In this document: positions 26,406-39,164 of the stretch, one piece after another | How positions within the stretch are numbered: the first letter of the stretch is position 1 | Layout of the letters: each line of letters opens with the position of its first letter | From: Pecten maximus | Taxonomy: Eukaryota | Direction of reading: 5' to 3' | Length of the DNA stretch: 64,000 nt | NCBI RefSeq assembly: GCF_902652985.1 | Contig: NC_047026.1 | Location: 11,284,001-11,348,000, forward strand | Notes under the pieces: generated by a model | Seen by the model: only the letters and a program-made list of their open reading frames with translations | The model's database searches: none | What the model was told of the DNA's origin: nothing | Translations under genes and position numbers: made by a program

Positions 26406-29400
26406 CTAGCCTTCAAAGTTTTCGAAATCCGTAACAATGTCATGTTTAAGATGATTTATTGCAGAAATTGCTCTCCTTAGATTTCGACAGGTGAACAGAA
26501 TGGTGTCTGATCTGTCCATCTCCTCCAAGGAAATGCTGGCTCGGAACTTGCTAGGCTCAATCGGTCTGGCAAATCGCATCAGTTTTTTCATCTCACATAT
26601 GACAGCACGTATTGGCTGGTGGACGTTGAACTGCGTCTCCCCTGAGAATATAGTGTGGCGACGGTGACAATTTATGATGGTCATGTTCAATGCTACCTCG
26701 GACATCAGTTCAATTCCGTTAATAAGTGTGTCCGTCTGTAACAAAAATACATAATATTAACTTCAAGAATATAAGATATATATAGACTATATTATATTAT
26801 AAACAAGCATGCTGGGTATTGCGATAGTAATATATGTCCCCTACCGGCCCCGCTAAAAAAGTAACAGTGACATTGGCCTTGATCCAAAAGTCCTGAAACT
26901 TGATCTGTATCTACTCGTACTGAATTTACATACCGGGTTTCACCAACATATCTTGAAGCATGGCTGAGAAGAGTGCAGAAAACTGAGTGGACGGACTGAC
27001 AGACAGACAGACGAAGAGGAAACCTATAGTCCCCGCGGTTTCACCGGTAGGGGACTGATAAAGATCCTTTAAGACCATTTCCTTTTGTGCACTATTAATC
27101 TATTAAGATGAAAGGCTTTTCTATTTTTTAACTCGGATTAATTAACTAAATCAAAATTATACCGACATAATGACCAAGCCATAATTCAAACTCAAAAAAT
27201 ATTAAACGAGTGCAAAATATAAACAAAGATATAGATTTGCATGAAGACACCTGAAAATGAACAAAGGAAATAAGACCAGGGGATCCGGGAGAGTGAGCGT
27301 CTTCTCATTCAAGGCTTCACTAACACATATCTAGGTTAAATGGGTTAGGTAATATCGATTTGTAATGATTTTGTTTTTATTCCAGATAGTTTCATTTAAA
27401 TAAGATTATTCAACTGTTCAAATATTAACATATTAAACTAGCGTGATAGCTTGGTGACCCTATAGCATATTAATACACCAAACATTTAAAATAATGTAGT
27501 AGCAAACAAAAAATATCGGCAATTAGCGCCATGAAACTTACCATGCTAGTTCCACTTTGGAAGTCTGTATGATCGTAAGGTCTTCTTTCACAAAGCTCTC
27601 CTTGGTACGATGTTACGCTATCCTAAAAAGGTTAATGATTTACATTAAGATTCGGTTCCCTCTCATTAATCGTAAATAGTACGACTGTCCTGCTCACAAA
27701 ACTATTTACCTATTGTTCAATATCACAACCATCGCTGATCAAATACTGCGAACGAAGGCAGAATACTAAGAATAAATGCAGTGTAGCGAAATAATTTACT
27801 TTCAAAGAAGATAATGAGTGTATCTATCAATGGTTGGATTATCTACAGCGAAAGAAAATGGCTAGATTATCGTTCTACTAAATGACAAGTTAAAAATTGC
27901 TCAAGTACTTCACAGGGTGGTTCGTGGTTGCTGTTTATTTTGTTGCTTCAAAAGATTTGACTTTTTTTTCGTGTAAAACATCAAATATGAACTCACCAGT
28001 TCACTTGCTGTTGCACGGAGGACATTCTCGGCTTCAGACATCAATTCGTTAATGGACTCGACATAACACACGGGTACTGAGGATATCCCGGGAGATTGGG
28101 AACACGACAGTGACGTGTCGGCGGTGAACACGTCAAACCCCTGCTGGTGTAGGTGTTGATGGGTAAATTCAAGTCCGTGGGGACAACTGCAGGTCACTAT
28201 TCCAATCGAAAGCACGAGTAGGATTGAAACTACTGTGGTGTTAACTGGAAAAAAAAAGTACAGGTTCAGGAAAAACCCAAAGCATCTGATTTGGGAGAGC
28301 CGACCAAGTGTCTAATACATCGAAATTAAAAAGGTAAAAGCAATCTTCATGATAATCTATATATTCTATAAAATGTTTATAATGATAATTTGATAAGTTC
28401 TGCTTCTCACGCAATATACATGTTTATACATCTCAATAAATTAAGAGTTGATATCTATAAAAAAGTGGTTATAATAGTATTTGCTGGATTTGTTCTTGAG
28501 TTTCTTTGATCCTATTGGGTGATCTATAGGAACTTTAAATTTACAGTAATGCAAAGGTGTTTACCATTTATCTCTAGACGGAGGGTTGGAATATGATAGA
28601 GGACAGATACATGACCTAGAATTTGTCTAGTAGAAATAACGTTTTGATAAAAAAATCAGATTTCAAAACTGAACATAAAAAGCAATCGAATATGTTTTTG
28701 AAGGAGACGTATATCCGTCTTATTGTGATATAAAAACGAGGATCGCTTGAAGATACTAGAATGAAGGTTTACCAAACCAGCAATGATGTGAATGTATTTC
28801 TCTGTTTCTCGGTACTGATAGCTATATATATCTCAATATGAAAAACCCTAACGCTCTTCTGCGGAAATAGTCATCGAGAAGTTGTACGAAGCTTAATCAA
28901 CTTAACTTACTTACCTTAACAGACTTTGCTAACGTTTCAAACTAAATCTTCAGTTCTACCTGATGGTTTTTATTTCTAAGACATCTAAGCCTTCGTTTAG
29001 TCTCGATAATAAAATATTTTGTTGGTTCTGTTTGTAAATTGATTTCCTATTGAGCTATGGAGGTATCATTTACCCTAAGCAAGATTTTTCGGAGCCTTAT
29101 TTCTAATATAATTTTCAAATCATATAGTTACTTTAGTGCAATTTCAAGCCAAAATTGCTTTTTATGACACCTGGACACTATCATCGCTATTTTTTTTTAA
29201 TCTAATGTAATTTCTATCCCATTTTTGTTTGTTTCTTTTTAGGATTGGTTAAAGGTAACCATGCTTTTAAACACTAAAACCTGATTTGGCATGGTACTCC
29301 GTGTGTCACCAACAATACAATTGAGCAGTTCAGCGTGAAAAGAAACAATGGCATTGAAATAGATATAAAATACTTTATCAACAATAGCTTTAGATATACA

Positions 29401-29741
29401 ATAGAACCCTATGCTCTTAAGTGCATATAGACAATGTTTACAATGGTAATACGTATTTCCTTTACAAAATATGTATAAAGGAAAGGATTTATGTAATAAT
29501 GAATTTATGTCTAAAATAATTATTGCGTCAAAATACATATATGTATTATGGAATATAACAGGCCTATTGTTATTTAGTCAACAAACTGAACTAATTAATC
29601 ATAACATTAATATTGATATACTAGAAATTAATGTTCAGTGTGCTTTCTCATTCACAATCTATAATAAGTCCAAATATGATTTTGAAATCAGTATGCATTT
29701 CTGCTAACTTTTTTTCTACCTTACTTACAATTTAGCGCCAT
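26406..29741 (-). CDS. Secreted four-helix cytokine-like protein, paralog C (223 aa; LIF/OSM/IL-6-like candidate)
   Basis: Exons 29741-29729, 28244-27997, 27622-27542, 26735-26406 (phases 1,0,0; exon 1 is 13 bp and exon 3 is 81 bp, as in paralog A). Protein MALNFNTTVVSILLVLSIGIVTCSCPHGLEFTHQHLHQQGFDVFTADTSLSCSQSPGISSVPVCYVESINELMSEAENVLRATASELDSVTSYQGELCERRPYDHTDFQSGTSMTDTLINGIELMSEVALNMTIINCHRRHTIFSGETQFNVHQPIRAVICEMKKLMRFARPIEPSKFRASISLEEMDRSDTILFTCRNLRRAISAINHLKHDIVTDFENFEG. Confidence 0.85.
26801..27062 (-). mobile_element. Short pearl/HINE-type (non-autonomous Helentron-like) element in intron 3 of paralog C
   Basis: Subterminal inverted repeat GTCCCCTACCGG / CCGGTAGGGGAC, a GACA/GACG microsatellite, a terminal hairpin and an AAACAAG end. 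Confidence 0.7.
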
Positions 29742-29789
29742 TCTGCTTTGAAACAAGCTTAATATGTGTTTTAATTTCATCGACTGGTC

Positions 29790-29819
29790 TATTTATATGG
29801 TTGAGGAAAAGAAATTCCA
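29790..29819 (-). promoter_or_regulatory. TATA box and adjacent kappaB-like site of paralog C
   Basis: TATAAATA at 29797-29790, ~50 bp upstream of the ATG; TGGAATTTCT at 29819-29810. Confidence 0.55.
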
Positions 29820-32800
29820 AAATTTCTGATTTTTTCATTTGCTGTACAATATTTGGACGCAGCGTGGTACTCATCAGCCCACTCCCCCTATATCCAGCCG
29901 GAACTAACATCCCTAAGACATTTACGTTTTGCGGGATTGTCTACCATGAGCGTAATTCTTTAAATATAGAATTGGTGTTTTTCGTGTGAATAGGTTAAAG
30001 TTTCTCAAGTTCAATTAAGGAAAAAAATGATTTGATAAGCATTGTCAACAAATTGGTATTTTAAAAATGAGGCATTTGAAACTTTTCATTAAAACAAAGA
30101 AAAAATTCCCAAAGGATTTTCTTTGTGTACGCTGTTGTAAACGGTGCTATCATGATTTACGAGCTGCGTGGAACAAAGGCGCGTACCGGAAAATGGACCA
30201 GTTAAAACGTATAGTCTGGCAATTAAAGTACAGCGTTCTGATGTTTTGTTTTAATCGTCAGACAATATAAAACAATTGATTGCTGGTATTGGCATTGTCG
30301 TTGGTTAATATATAAGCTATTGATTGATTTACATATAAAATGATTTAAATAAAAATATCGGTTTTGATTTGGCCATTTTCAACTCCAATATCCTTCAATA
30401 TGTTCTATATACCGGGTTCGTTCTATTTTGTCGCTTCAATACGGAAGTAAAATAGATATGGTTGCGATACGTATTAACTGTATTTAGCAAAGCTTTGACT
30501 GTGATAAAAAAAACACTGCGTCTTCGGAAGAAGTAATATTTAAAAGTGCACATGTACTAACACGGTTATTATATTCCAAACGTACACATACACCCAGAAT
30601 GAACCAAAGGACATTTTATCAATATAATTCTCTTTTCTTTTAACCAATTCAATATTTAACATAACGATGATTATTTCAAAGAATATTGAACTATAGGCAA
30701 AGCTTACAACTGACAAACCAGTGGTTGTCTTCCTGAATTAGTATTTATTTAAAATGAGTGGTTATAATCGAAAACCTGATAGATGTATGTCCCCGACACA
30801 TATGTATCTGGTATCTAAAGAACATTACCTAATACATATTATGAATAACCTTTAAGTTGGTATTATGAATCTAGTTCCAGGTATGGGATAATTTATAAAT
30901 ATATATGTAGTTCAGGACGGAGAATACCAGAAAAGATGTAGTCCAGGACATCATCTATTCTAGTCTATTTACAACAAGATATCGACAAAAATAATATAAT
31001 GTCAAGCTTGACTGTAAGATAAGAAATTCTTCAGTACACCATAAAATGTGATATAGATTTTATGATGAATTGTGGGATTTCATAAGTCCATTATAAATAT
31101 ATCGTAAACTCAACTCGGTTTATGAGGAACAATTCTTTGACAGTATGTTATATAACTATTAAAATGTTCATAGTTCATAGTGCTTGGTATAGTCCAACCA
31201 CAAGTACATTTAGTGACGTCACGAGATAAGTCAATAGTGTAATATGCAGTGTATTCGGGTCGTGTGGATTTGTTGTGACCGGACAGCTGAATGGATTTGG
31301 ATTCCTCGCATGTGATAATGTCATAAGCAATCCTAAACAAGGAACAGAGAGACTAGGAAGAGAAACGGAATCGTCCTGTATGAATAATTACCGTAAATGA
31401 CAACGAGACATGTCATTGGGGTTTGAATTATCGGAGGTAAATGTAATGTAATTCTTTCTTGACATTTCATCACTCAACAACCAAACACTACAGCATCGCT
31501 TAATCATTATATTCGAACAGCATATGACCTTCACATACTGAGCCTATAAACATACTTAACAATCCTTTTTTAAAACATAAAAAAGCCCAATACCCTTTTT
31601 CTTAAAACTTATACTGGAGCCAAATATGGCGTTATTTCACTCATCAACAACCAAACGCTACATCAGCGATTGTCTTTAAAGATTGAAAAGCATAGGCCCC
31701 TCAAATAATGAGCTTATACGCATACTAAACAGTCCTTTTAAAAATGGTCCAATAACTTATTCGTAAAACTATATAACGGTAAATAAAATGATACTTACAT
31801 TTGATATTCATTTGTGAAGTAAGTGGTGGAATGACTCTAACAGTAAAAATTATAAAGGCTTTATCAGACCGAGTTCACAATACTTATGTATCGATGAAGG
31901 ATATACTTTGACATAAAATTAACTGTTTATATACGTTTTTATTTGGATCCCCCATTAATATATTTTGAAATTATAGATATCAATATAGATTTCATGGGAA
32001 AATAATAAGTCCTTATTAATAATGTAAAACACGTTTCCGTTGCAAATATCATTTCCCTGCATTGGTTTCATATAAATAATAGTTCAAGTTAAGTTAGACA
32101 GGTTCATGTGATCAAAATCTGAAATGTTTCTCATCTATTTCAGGGATTGAGCCAGACAGCACAAGCCCCTTTCTCGGAAAACTTCCGTTCACCAAATTAA
32201 TACCGGACAAGAAACAATGTGCAACATTTGAACCAAAGCCAGCCAAATGTTTCACACTCTACCGGAAGTTTTGTACCGTCTGGCATCACAGGGTGATTAA
32301 ATTACACGAGTTCGTACCCGTCGTCGTGTTCACACAGAACGTACAGGCACACTGAACATATTTCTTGACAAACGTCCAATAGATGTTTATTTTACAACCA
32401 CAAGGTCAGTGTATTTGGTAGGTATGTGATCTACACTGGTACGTTTTATTCAGGAAGTAGAGATTGTGTTATTGTCAACTGGAATGTTAAAAACGGCAGC
32501 AGATGAGTACTTTATGAGAATCTGAAACGCGAAACCAAACTTTCAAAACCACTTATCATGCACCTGTTTTAATATCATTATGGAGATAATTAATCTTTCT
32601 TTAAATGAAATATAAAACAGGCGAGAAATATTGTTTTCATAAATAATTTTTTGAATCGGAAATATGACGAATATGTTGCTATTGCGAATTCTTATCAAAT
32701 CACTAAAAAAGATAAAGTCGAGATTTGCTTGTTCGGATTTTTATATCCGACAACTGTAACAAATCCTAATGAATAGAAAATTTACCACAAGAATATAAAA

Positions 32801-33814
32801 CTGGTTATTTCTACTACAAATAGTACAAACGACATCAGTAATTGAATGTAAATTAATACTATTTTAGCACAAAGGGAATGGAGCAACAGGCGAAGCCTAA
32901 ACTAGACCTCCCCGTCTCTAGAATATTAAAAATGATTAATAAAACTGAGCTTTATGATTTTGGTCTTTAGGATCAACATGATTCTAATTTTCAAACTAGA
33001 GGGAGAAAATTAAGTATTGAAATTTAGCAGAACAATTCTTAACAAAATACGTAAGGTCCTGTCTATACCAACCCTCTCTTAATACTATAGTTCAATATAT
33101 ATCCAAAGCAGTCTTAAAGAACAATAAGAACGAGTCTGTTAAGTGCATGCTTTATTGAAAAAAACTCAACATACGAAAATGTTTTAGTTAATCCTAATAA
33201 GCAAAATGTTGAAATAATAAAGTGTACCTGAGAAAATAAAATGTGATGGTGTATTATGGCATCAATACATTAATCAAGACAAAAAATAACACCAGAGAAG
33301 GAAAACAACAAATTTTCTCTAGAAAAAATTATTGAACGGAGATATCGTACATCAAAGAAAAAATATTTTTTTGGTGGCGGTATGATATGAAGGTAACAAA
33401 TCCCTGCTTTGTCCATGCAACGATGTAGAGGATTCAATAAATGTATTCTACACAGCGCAACATATATCTAATACGTTTTATAATGTAAAAATAAAACGAT
33501 TTGAACACTCCATAACAAAAATGTTCAAATGGGACAATAAAAATATGGAGACGACGACATTGAGTATTTATCATTTCAATTAACAATTAAAATGAACATA
33601 CATTCAGTAATACTTCATCTTTTACACGTCCACATTGTGTAGGAAATACAAAGAAAGAGAGGTAAAGATTATGATAACTTATCACACATAACTATGACAA
33701 AAATATTGATTTTGTTCTGTCAGAAAGAGGAAACGAGGTCCCCTCATTTAAAATTCATTGGAGACTCCTACTTAAAAAAGGGCAAAAAGAGCATGGGACT
33801 AATAATTCCATGAA

Positions 33815-36800
33815 ATGTTAACTTACATAATGTATCTAAGACAGACCCCAGATTATCTCCTATACGAGGTAATGTTAACATACCTAAGACGTACCCCAGA
33901 TTATCTCCTATACGAGGTAATGTTAACATACCTAGGACATACCCCAGATTATCTCCTATACGAGGTAATGTAAGACAGACCCCAGATTATCTCCTATACG
34001 AGGTAATGTTAACATACCTAAGACGTACCCCAGATTATCTCCTATACAAGGTAATGTTAACATACCTAAGACAGACCCCAGATTACCTCCTATACGAGGT
34101 AATGTTAACACACCTAAGACAGACCCCAGATTATCTCCTATACGAGGTAATGTTAACATACCTAAGACGGACCCAGATTATCTCCTATACGAGGTAATGT
34201 TAACATACCTAAGACGTACCCCAGATTATCTCCTATACGAGGTAATGTTAACATACCTAGGACAGACCTCAGATTATCTCCTATACGAGATAATGTTAAC
34301 ATACCCAAGACGTACCCCAGATTATCTCCTATACAAGGTAATGTTAACATACCTAAGACAGACCCCAGATTATCTCCTATACAAGGTAATGTTAACATAC
34401 CTAAGACAGACCCCAGGTTATCTCCTATACAAGGTAATGTTAACATACCTAAGACAGACCCCAGATTATCTCCTATACAAGGTAATGGTAACATACCTAA
34501 GACAGACCCCAGATTATCTCCTATACGAGGTAATGTTAACATACCTAAGACGTACCCCAGATTATCTCCTATACAAGGTAATGTTAACATACCTAAGACG
34601 TACCCCAGATTATCTCCTATACGAGGTAATGTTAACATACATAAGACGTACCTAAGATTATCTCCTATACAAAGTAATCTTAACATATCTAAGACAGACC
34701 CCAGATTATCTCCTATACGAGGTAATGTTAACATACCTAAGACAGACCCCAGATTATCTCCTATACAAGGTAATGTTAACATACTTAAGACAGACCCAGA
34801 TTATCTCCTATACGAGGTAATGTTAACATACCTAAGACAGACCCAGATTATCTCCTATACGAGGTAATGTTAACATACCTAAGACAGACCCAGATTATCT
34901 CCTATACGAGGTAATGTTAACATACCTAAGAAGGACCCAGATTATCTCCTATACGAGGTAATGTTAACATACCTAAGAAGGACCCAGATTATCTCCTATA
35001 CGAGGTAATGTTAACATACCTAAGACGTACCCCAGATTATCTCCTATACGAGGTAATGTTAACATACATAAGACGTACCTCAGATTATCTCCTATACAAA
35101 GTAATGTTAACATACCTAAGACGTACCCCAGATTATCTCCTATACGAGGTAATGTTAACATACCTAAGACAGACCCAGATTATCTCCTATACGAGGTAAT
35201 GTTAACATACCTAAGACAGACCACAGATTATCTCCTATACGAGGTAATGTTAACATACCTAAGACGTACCCCAGATTATCTCCTATACAAGGTAATGTTA
35301 ACATACCTAAGACAGACCACAGATTATCTCCTATACAAAGTAATGTTAACATACCTAAGACGTACCCCAGATTATCTCCTATACGAGGTAATGTTAACAT
35401 ACCGAAGACAGACCCCAGATTATCTCCTATACGAGGTAATGTTAACATACCTAAGACGTACCCCAGATTATCTCCTATACGAGGTAATGTTAACATACCT
35501 AAGACAGACCACAGATTATCTCCTATACGAGGTAATGTTAACATACCTAAGACAGACCCCAGATTATCTCCTATACGAGGTAATGTTAACATACCTAAGA
35601 CGTACCCCAGATTATCTCCTATACAAGGTAATGTTAACATACCTAGGACAGACCCCAGATTATCTCCTATACGAGGTAATGTTAACATACCTAAGACAGA
35701 CCACAGATTATCTCCTATACGAGGTAATGTTAACATACCTAAGACGTACCCCAGATTATCTCCTATACGAGGTAATGTTAACATACCTAAGACGTACCCC
35801 AGATTATCTCCTATACGAGGTAATGTTAACATACCTAAGACGTACCCCAGATTATCTCCTATACAAGGTAATGTTAACATACCTAGGACAGACCCCAGAT
35901 TATCTCCTATACAAGGTAATGTTAACATACCTAAGATAGACCCCAGATTATCTCCTATACAAGGTAATGTTAACATACCGAAGACAGACCACAGATTATC
36001 TCCTATACGAGGTAATGTTAACATACCTAGGACAGACCCCAGATTATCTCCTATACAAGGTAATGTTAACATACCTAAGACAGACCCCAGGTTATCTCCT
36101 ATACGAGGTAATGTTAACATACCTAGGACAGACCACAGATTATCTCCTATACGAGGTAATGTTAACATACCTAAGACAGACCACAGATTATCTCCTATAC
36201 GAGGTAATGTTAACATACCTAAGACAGACCCCAGATTATCTCCTATACGAGGTAATGTTAACATACCTAAGACAGACCCAGATTATCTCCTATACGAGGT
36301 AATGTTAACATACCTAAGACGTACCCCAGATTATCTCCTATACGAGGTAATGTTAACATACCTAAGACAGACCCCAGGTTATCTCCTATACAAGGTAATG
36401 TTAACATACCTAGGACAGACCCCAGATTATCTCCTATACGAGGTAATGTTAACATACCTAAGACAGACCCCAGATTATCTCCTATACAAGGTAATGTTAA
36501 CATACCTAAGACAGACCCCAGATTATCTCCTATACGAGGTAATGTTAACATACCTAAGACAGACCCCAGATTATCTCCTATACAAGGTAATGTTAACATA
36601 CCTAAGACGGACCCCAGATTATTTCCTATACGAGGTAATGTTAACATACCTAAGACAGACCACAGATTATCTCCTATACAAGGTAATGTTAACATACCTA
36701 AGACAGACCCCAGATTATCTCCTATACGAGGTAATGTTAACATACCTAAGACGTACCCCACATTATCTCCTATACAAGGTAATGTTAACATACCTAAGAC

Positions 36801-38243
36801 GGACCCAGATTATCTCCTATACGAGGTAATGTTAACATACCTAAGACAGACCCAGATTATCTCCTATACAAGGTAATGTTAACATACCTAGGACAGACCC
36901 CAGATTATCTCCTATACGAGGTAATGTTAACATACCTAAGACGGACCCAGATTATCTCCTATACGAGGTAATGTTAACATACCTAAGACGGACCCAGATT
37001 ATCTCCTATACGAGGTAATGTTAACATACCTAAGACAGACCCCAGATTATCTCCTATACGAGGTAATGTTAACATACCTAAGACAGACCCCAGATTATCT
37101 CCTATACAAGGTAATGTTAACATACCTAAGACAGACCCCAGATTATCTCCTATACGAGGTAATGTTAACATACCTAAGACAGACCACAGATTATCTCCTA
37201 TACAAGGTAATGTTAACACACCTAAGACGTACCCCAGATTATCTCCTATACAAGGTAATGTTAACATACCTAAGACAGACCACAGATTATCTCCTATACG
37301 AGGTAATGTTAACATACCTAGGACGTACCACAGATTATCTCCTATACGAGGTAATGTTAACATACCTAAGACAGACCCCAGATTATCTCCTATACAAGGT
37401 AATGTTAACATACCTAAGACGTACCCCAGATTATCTCCTATACGAGGTAATGTTAACATACCTAAGACGTACCCCAGATTATCTCCTATACGAGGTAATG
37501 TTAACATACCTAGGACAGACCCCAGATTATCTCCTATACGAGGTAATGTTAACATACCTAAGACGTACCCCAGATTATCTCCTATACGAGGTAATGTTAA
37601 CATACCTAAGACAGACCACAGATTATCTCCTATACAAGGTAATGTTAACATACCTAAGACGTACCCCAGGTTATCTCCTATACGAGGTAATGTTAACATA
37701 CCTAAGACAGACCCAGATTATCTCCTATACAAGGTAATGTTAACATACCTAAGACAGACCACAGATTATCTCCTATACAAGGTAATGTTAACATACCTAA
37801 GACGTACCCCAGGTTATCTCCTATACGAGGTAATGTTAACATACCTAAGACGTACCCAGATTATCTCCTATACGAGGTAATGTTAACATACTTAAGACAG
37901 ACCCCAGATTATCTCCTATACAAGGTAATGTTAACATACCTAGGACAGACCCCAGATTATCTCCTATACGAGGTAATGTTAACATACCTAAGACAGACCC
38001 CAGATTATCTCCTATACGAGGTAATGTTAACATACCTAAGACAGACCCCAGATTATCTCCTATACAAGGTAATGTTAACATACCTAGGACAGACCCCAGA
38101 TTATCTCCTATACAAGGTAATGTTAACATACCTAAGACAGACCCCAGATTATCTCCTATACGAGGTAATGTTAACATACCTAAGAAGGACCCAGATTATC
38201 TACTATACGAGGTTATGTTAACATACCTAAGACGTACCCCAGA
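33815..38243. repeat. 48-bp satellite array, ~92 copies (4.4 kb)
   Basis: Unit AATGTTAACATACCTAAGACAGACCCCAGATTATCTCCTATACGAGGT; source of the 16-aa-periodic ORFs on both strands. Confidence 0.98.
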
Positions 38244-39164
38244 ATAAGTTAATACATTACTTACATACTTGCGTTGTGGCTTTTGTTATGTACTGAAGAC
38301 AAATCTTGACTTGATAATGGATACAGTACTATTCTATATACTTTGAATTAGTCACCTCAAAAAAATCTTCATACTGATTTTCTGTTAAAATTTCAAAGAC
38401 AAAGTCTGTGTTCGTGTCCCTTTCTGTGGTAATGCGGACTCTGTGCCATAAAGTGACAGAGTATCTATTAATTGACCTAAAGTAGACATATTTTTTATTC
38501 TTAATTGAGGCAGTAAACGTTCTAATCTGTACTATAATTCTTACAAACATCAGTAAGATGAATCCCAGTTTTGACAGAAGAACAAATTCCATTTTCTTTT
38601 ACTTTGGTCTAAAGATGATTTCTCGTTCCTCTGCTTTCACTGTGGCCTGTGTAAACTACTCTTACTAGTGACATTCCCATCAAGAAATTTTAAATTGCAT
38701 TTTTACCAAATTTTACTTAATTTCTTTGTATGTACCGAGATGAAACCTGTCAATAACCTCATTTGAGTGAATCATGAGGTATGTTCCATTGACAAGACTT
38801 TACTATATAACTCAAGGGAGATAATCATGAAGCTATCAGATAGCTAACATCAAGGTTCAGGTGCAGAGTCACACAAATAATGCATTAGAATAAAAAATAA
38901 ATTAGAACATTGAAAAAAAAAAGGAAAAAAAAAAAAAGAAAGTCACACAATAAAGATAGCAGTAAAATTGGTTTACATATAAATTATGACTAGATTTACC
39001 TAAAAGTGATTATGTAATTAATCTCACTAACATAAGTAAAAGTAATAATTCACCGAACAGAACTGCATCAATAACATAACATGTAAACTAAAACATACTG
39101 AGTATTTTACTGTCATTGGTCTATGTCCTGATAAATAGTATCTGAGTCCTATCCACAGCCTTCG

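Noticed and set aside
28560-28920. Alternative first exons for paralog C (donor-like sites at ~28565, ~28772, ~28914)
   Set aside because: None supplies an in-frame ATG in phase 1; the 29741-29729 exon does, has a TATA box, and matches paralog A's 13-bp exon.
33956-38221. Many ORFs with 16-aa periodicity (MLTLPRIGDNLGSVLG / MLTYLRQTPDYLLYEV), superficially LRR-like
   Set aside because: 48-bp satellite open on both strands and repeatedly broken by 1-bp deletions; no codon-position bias evident.
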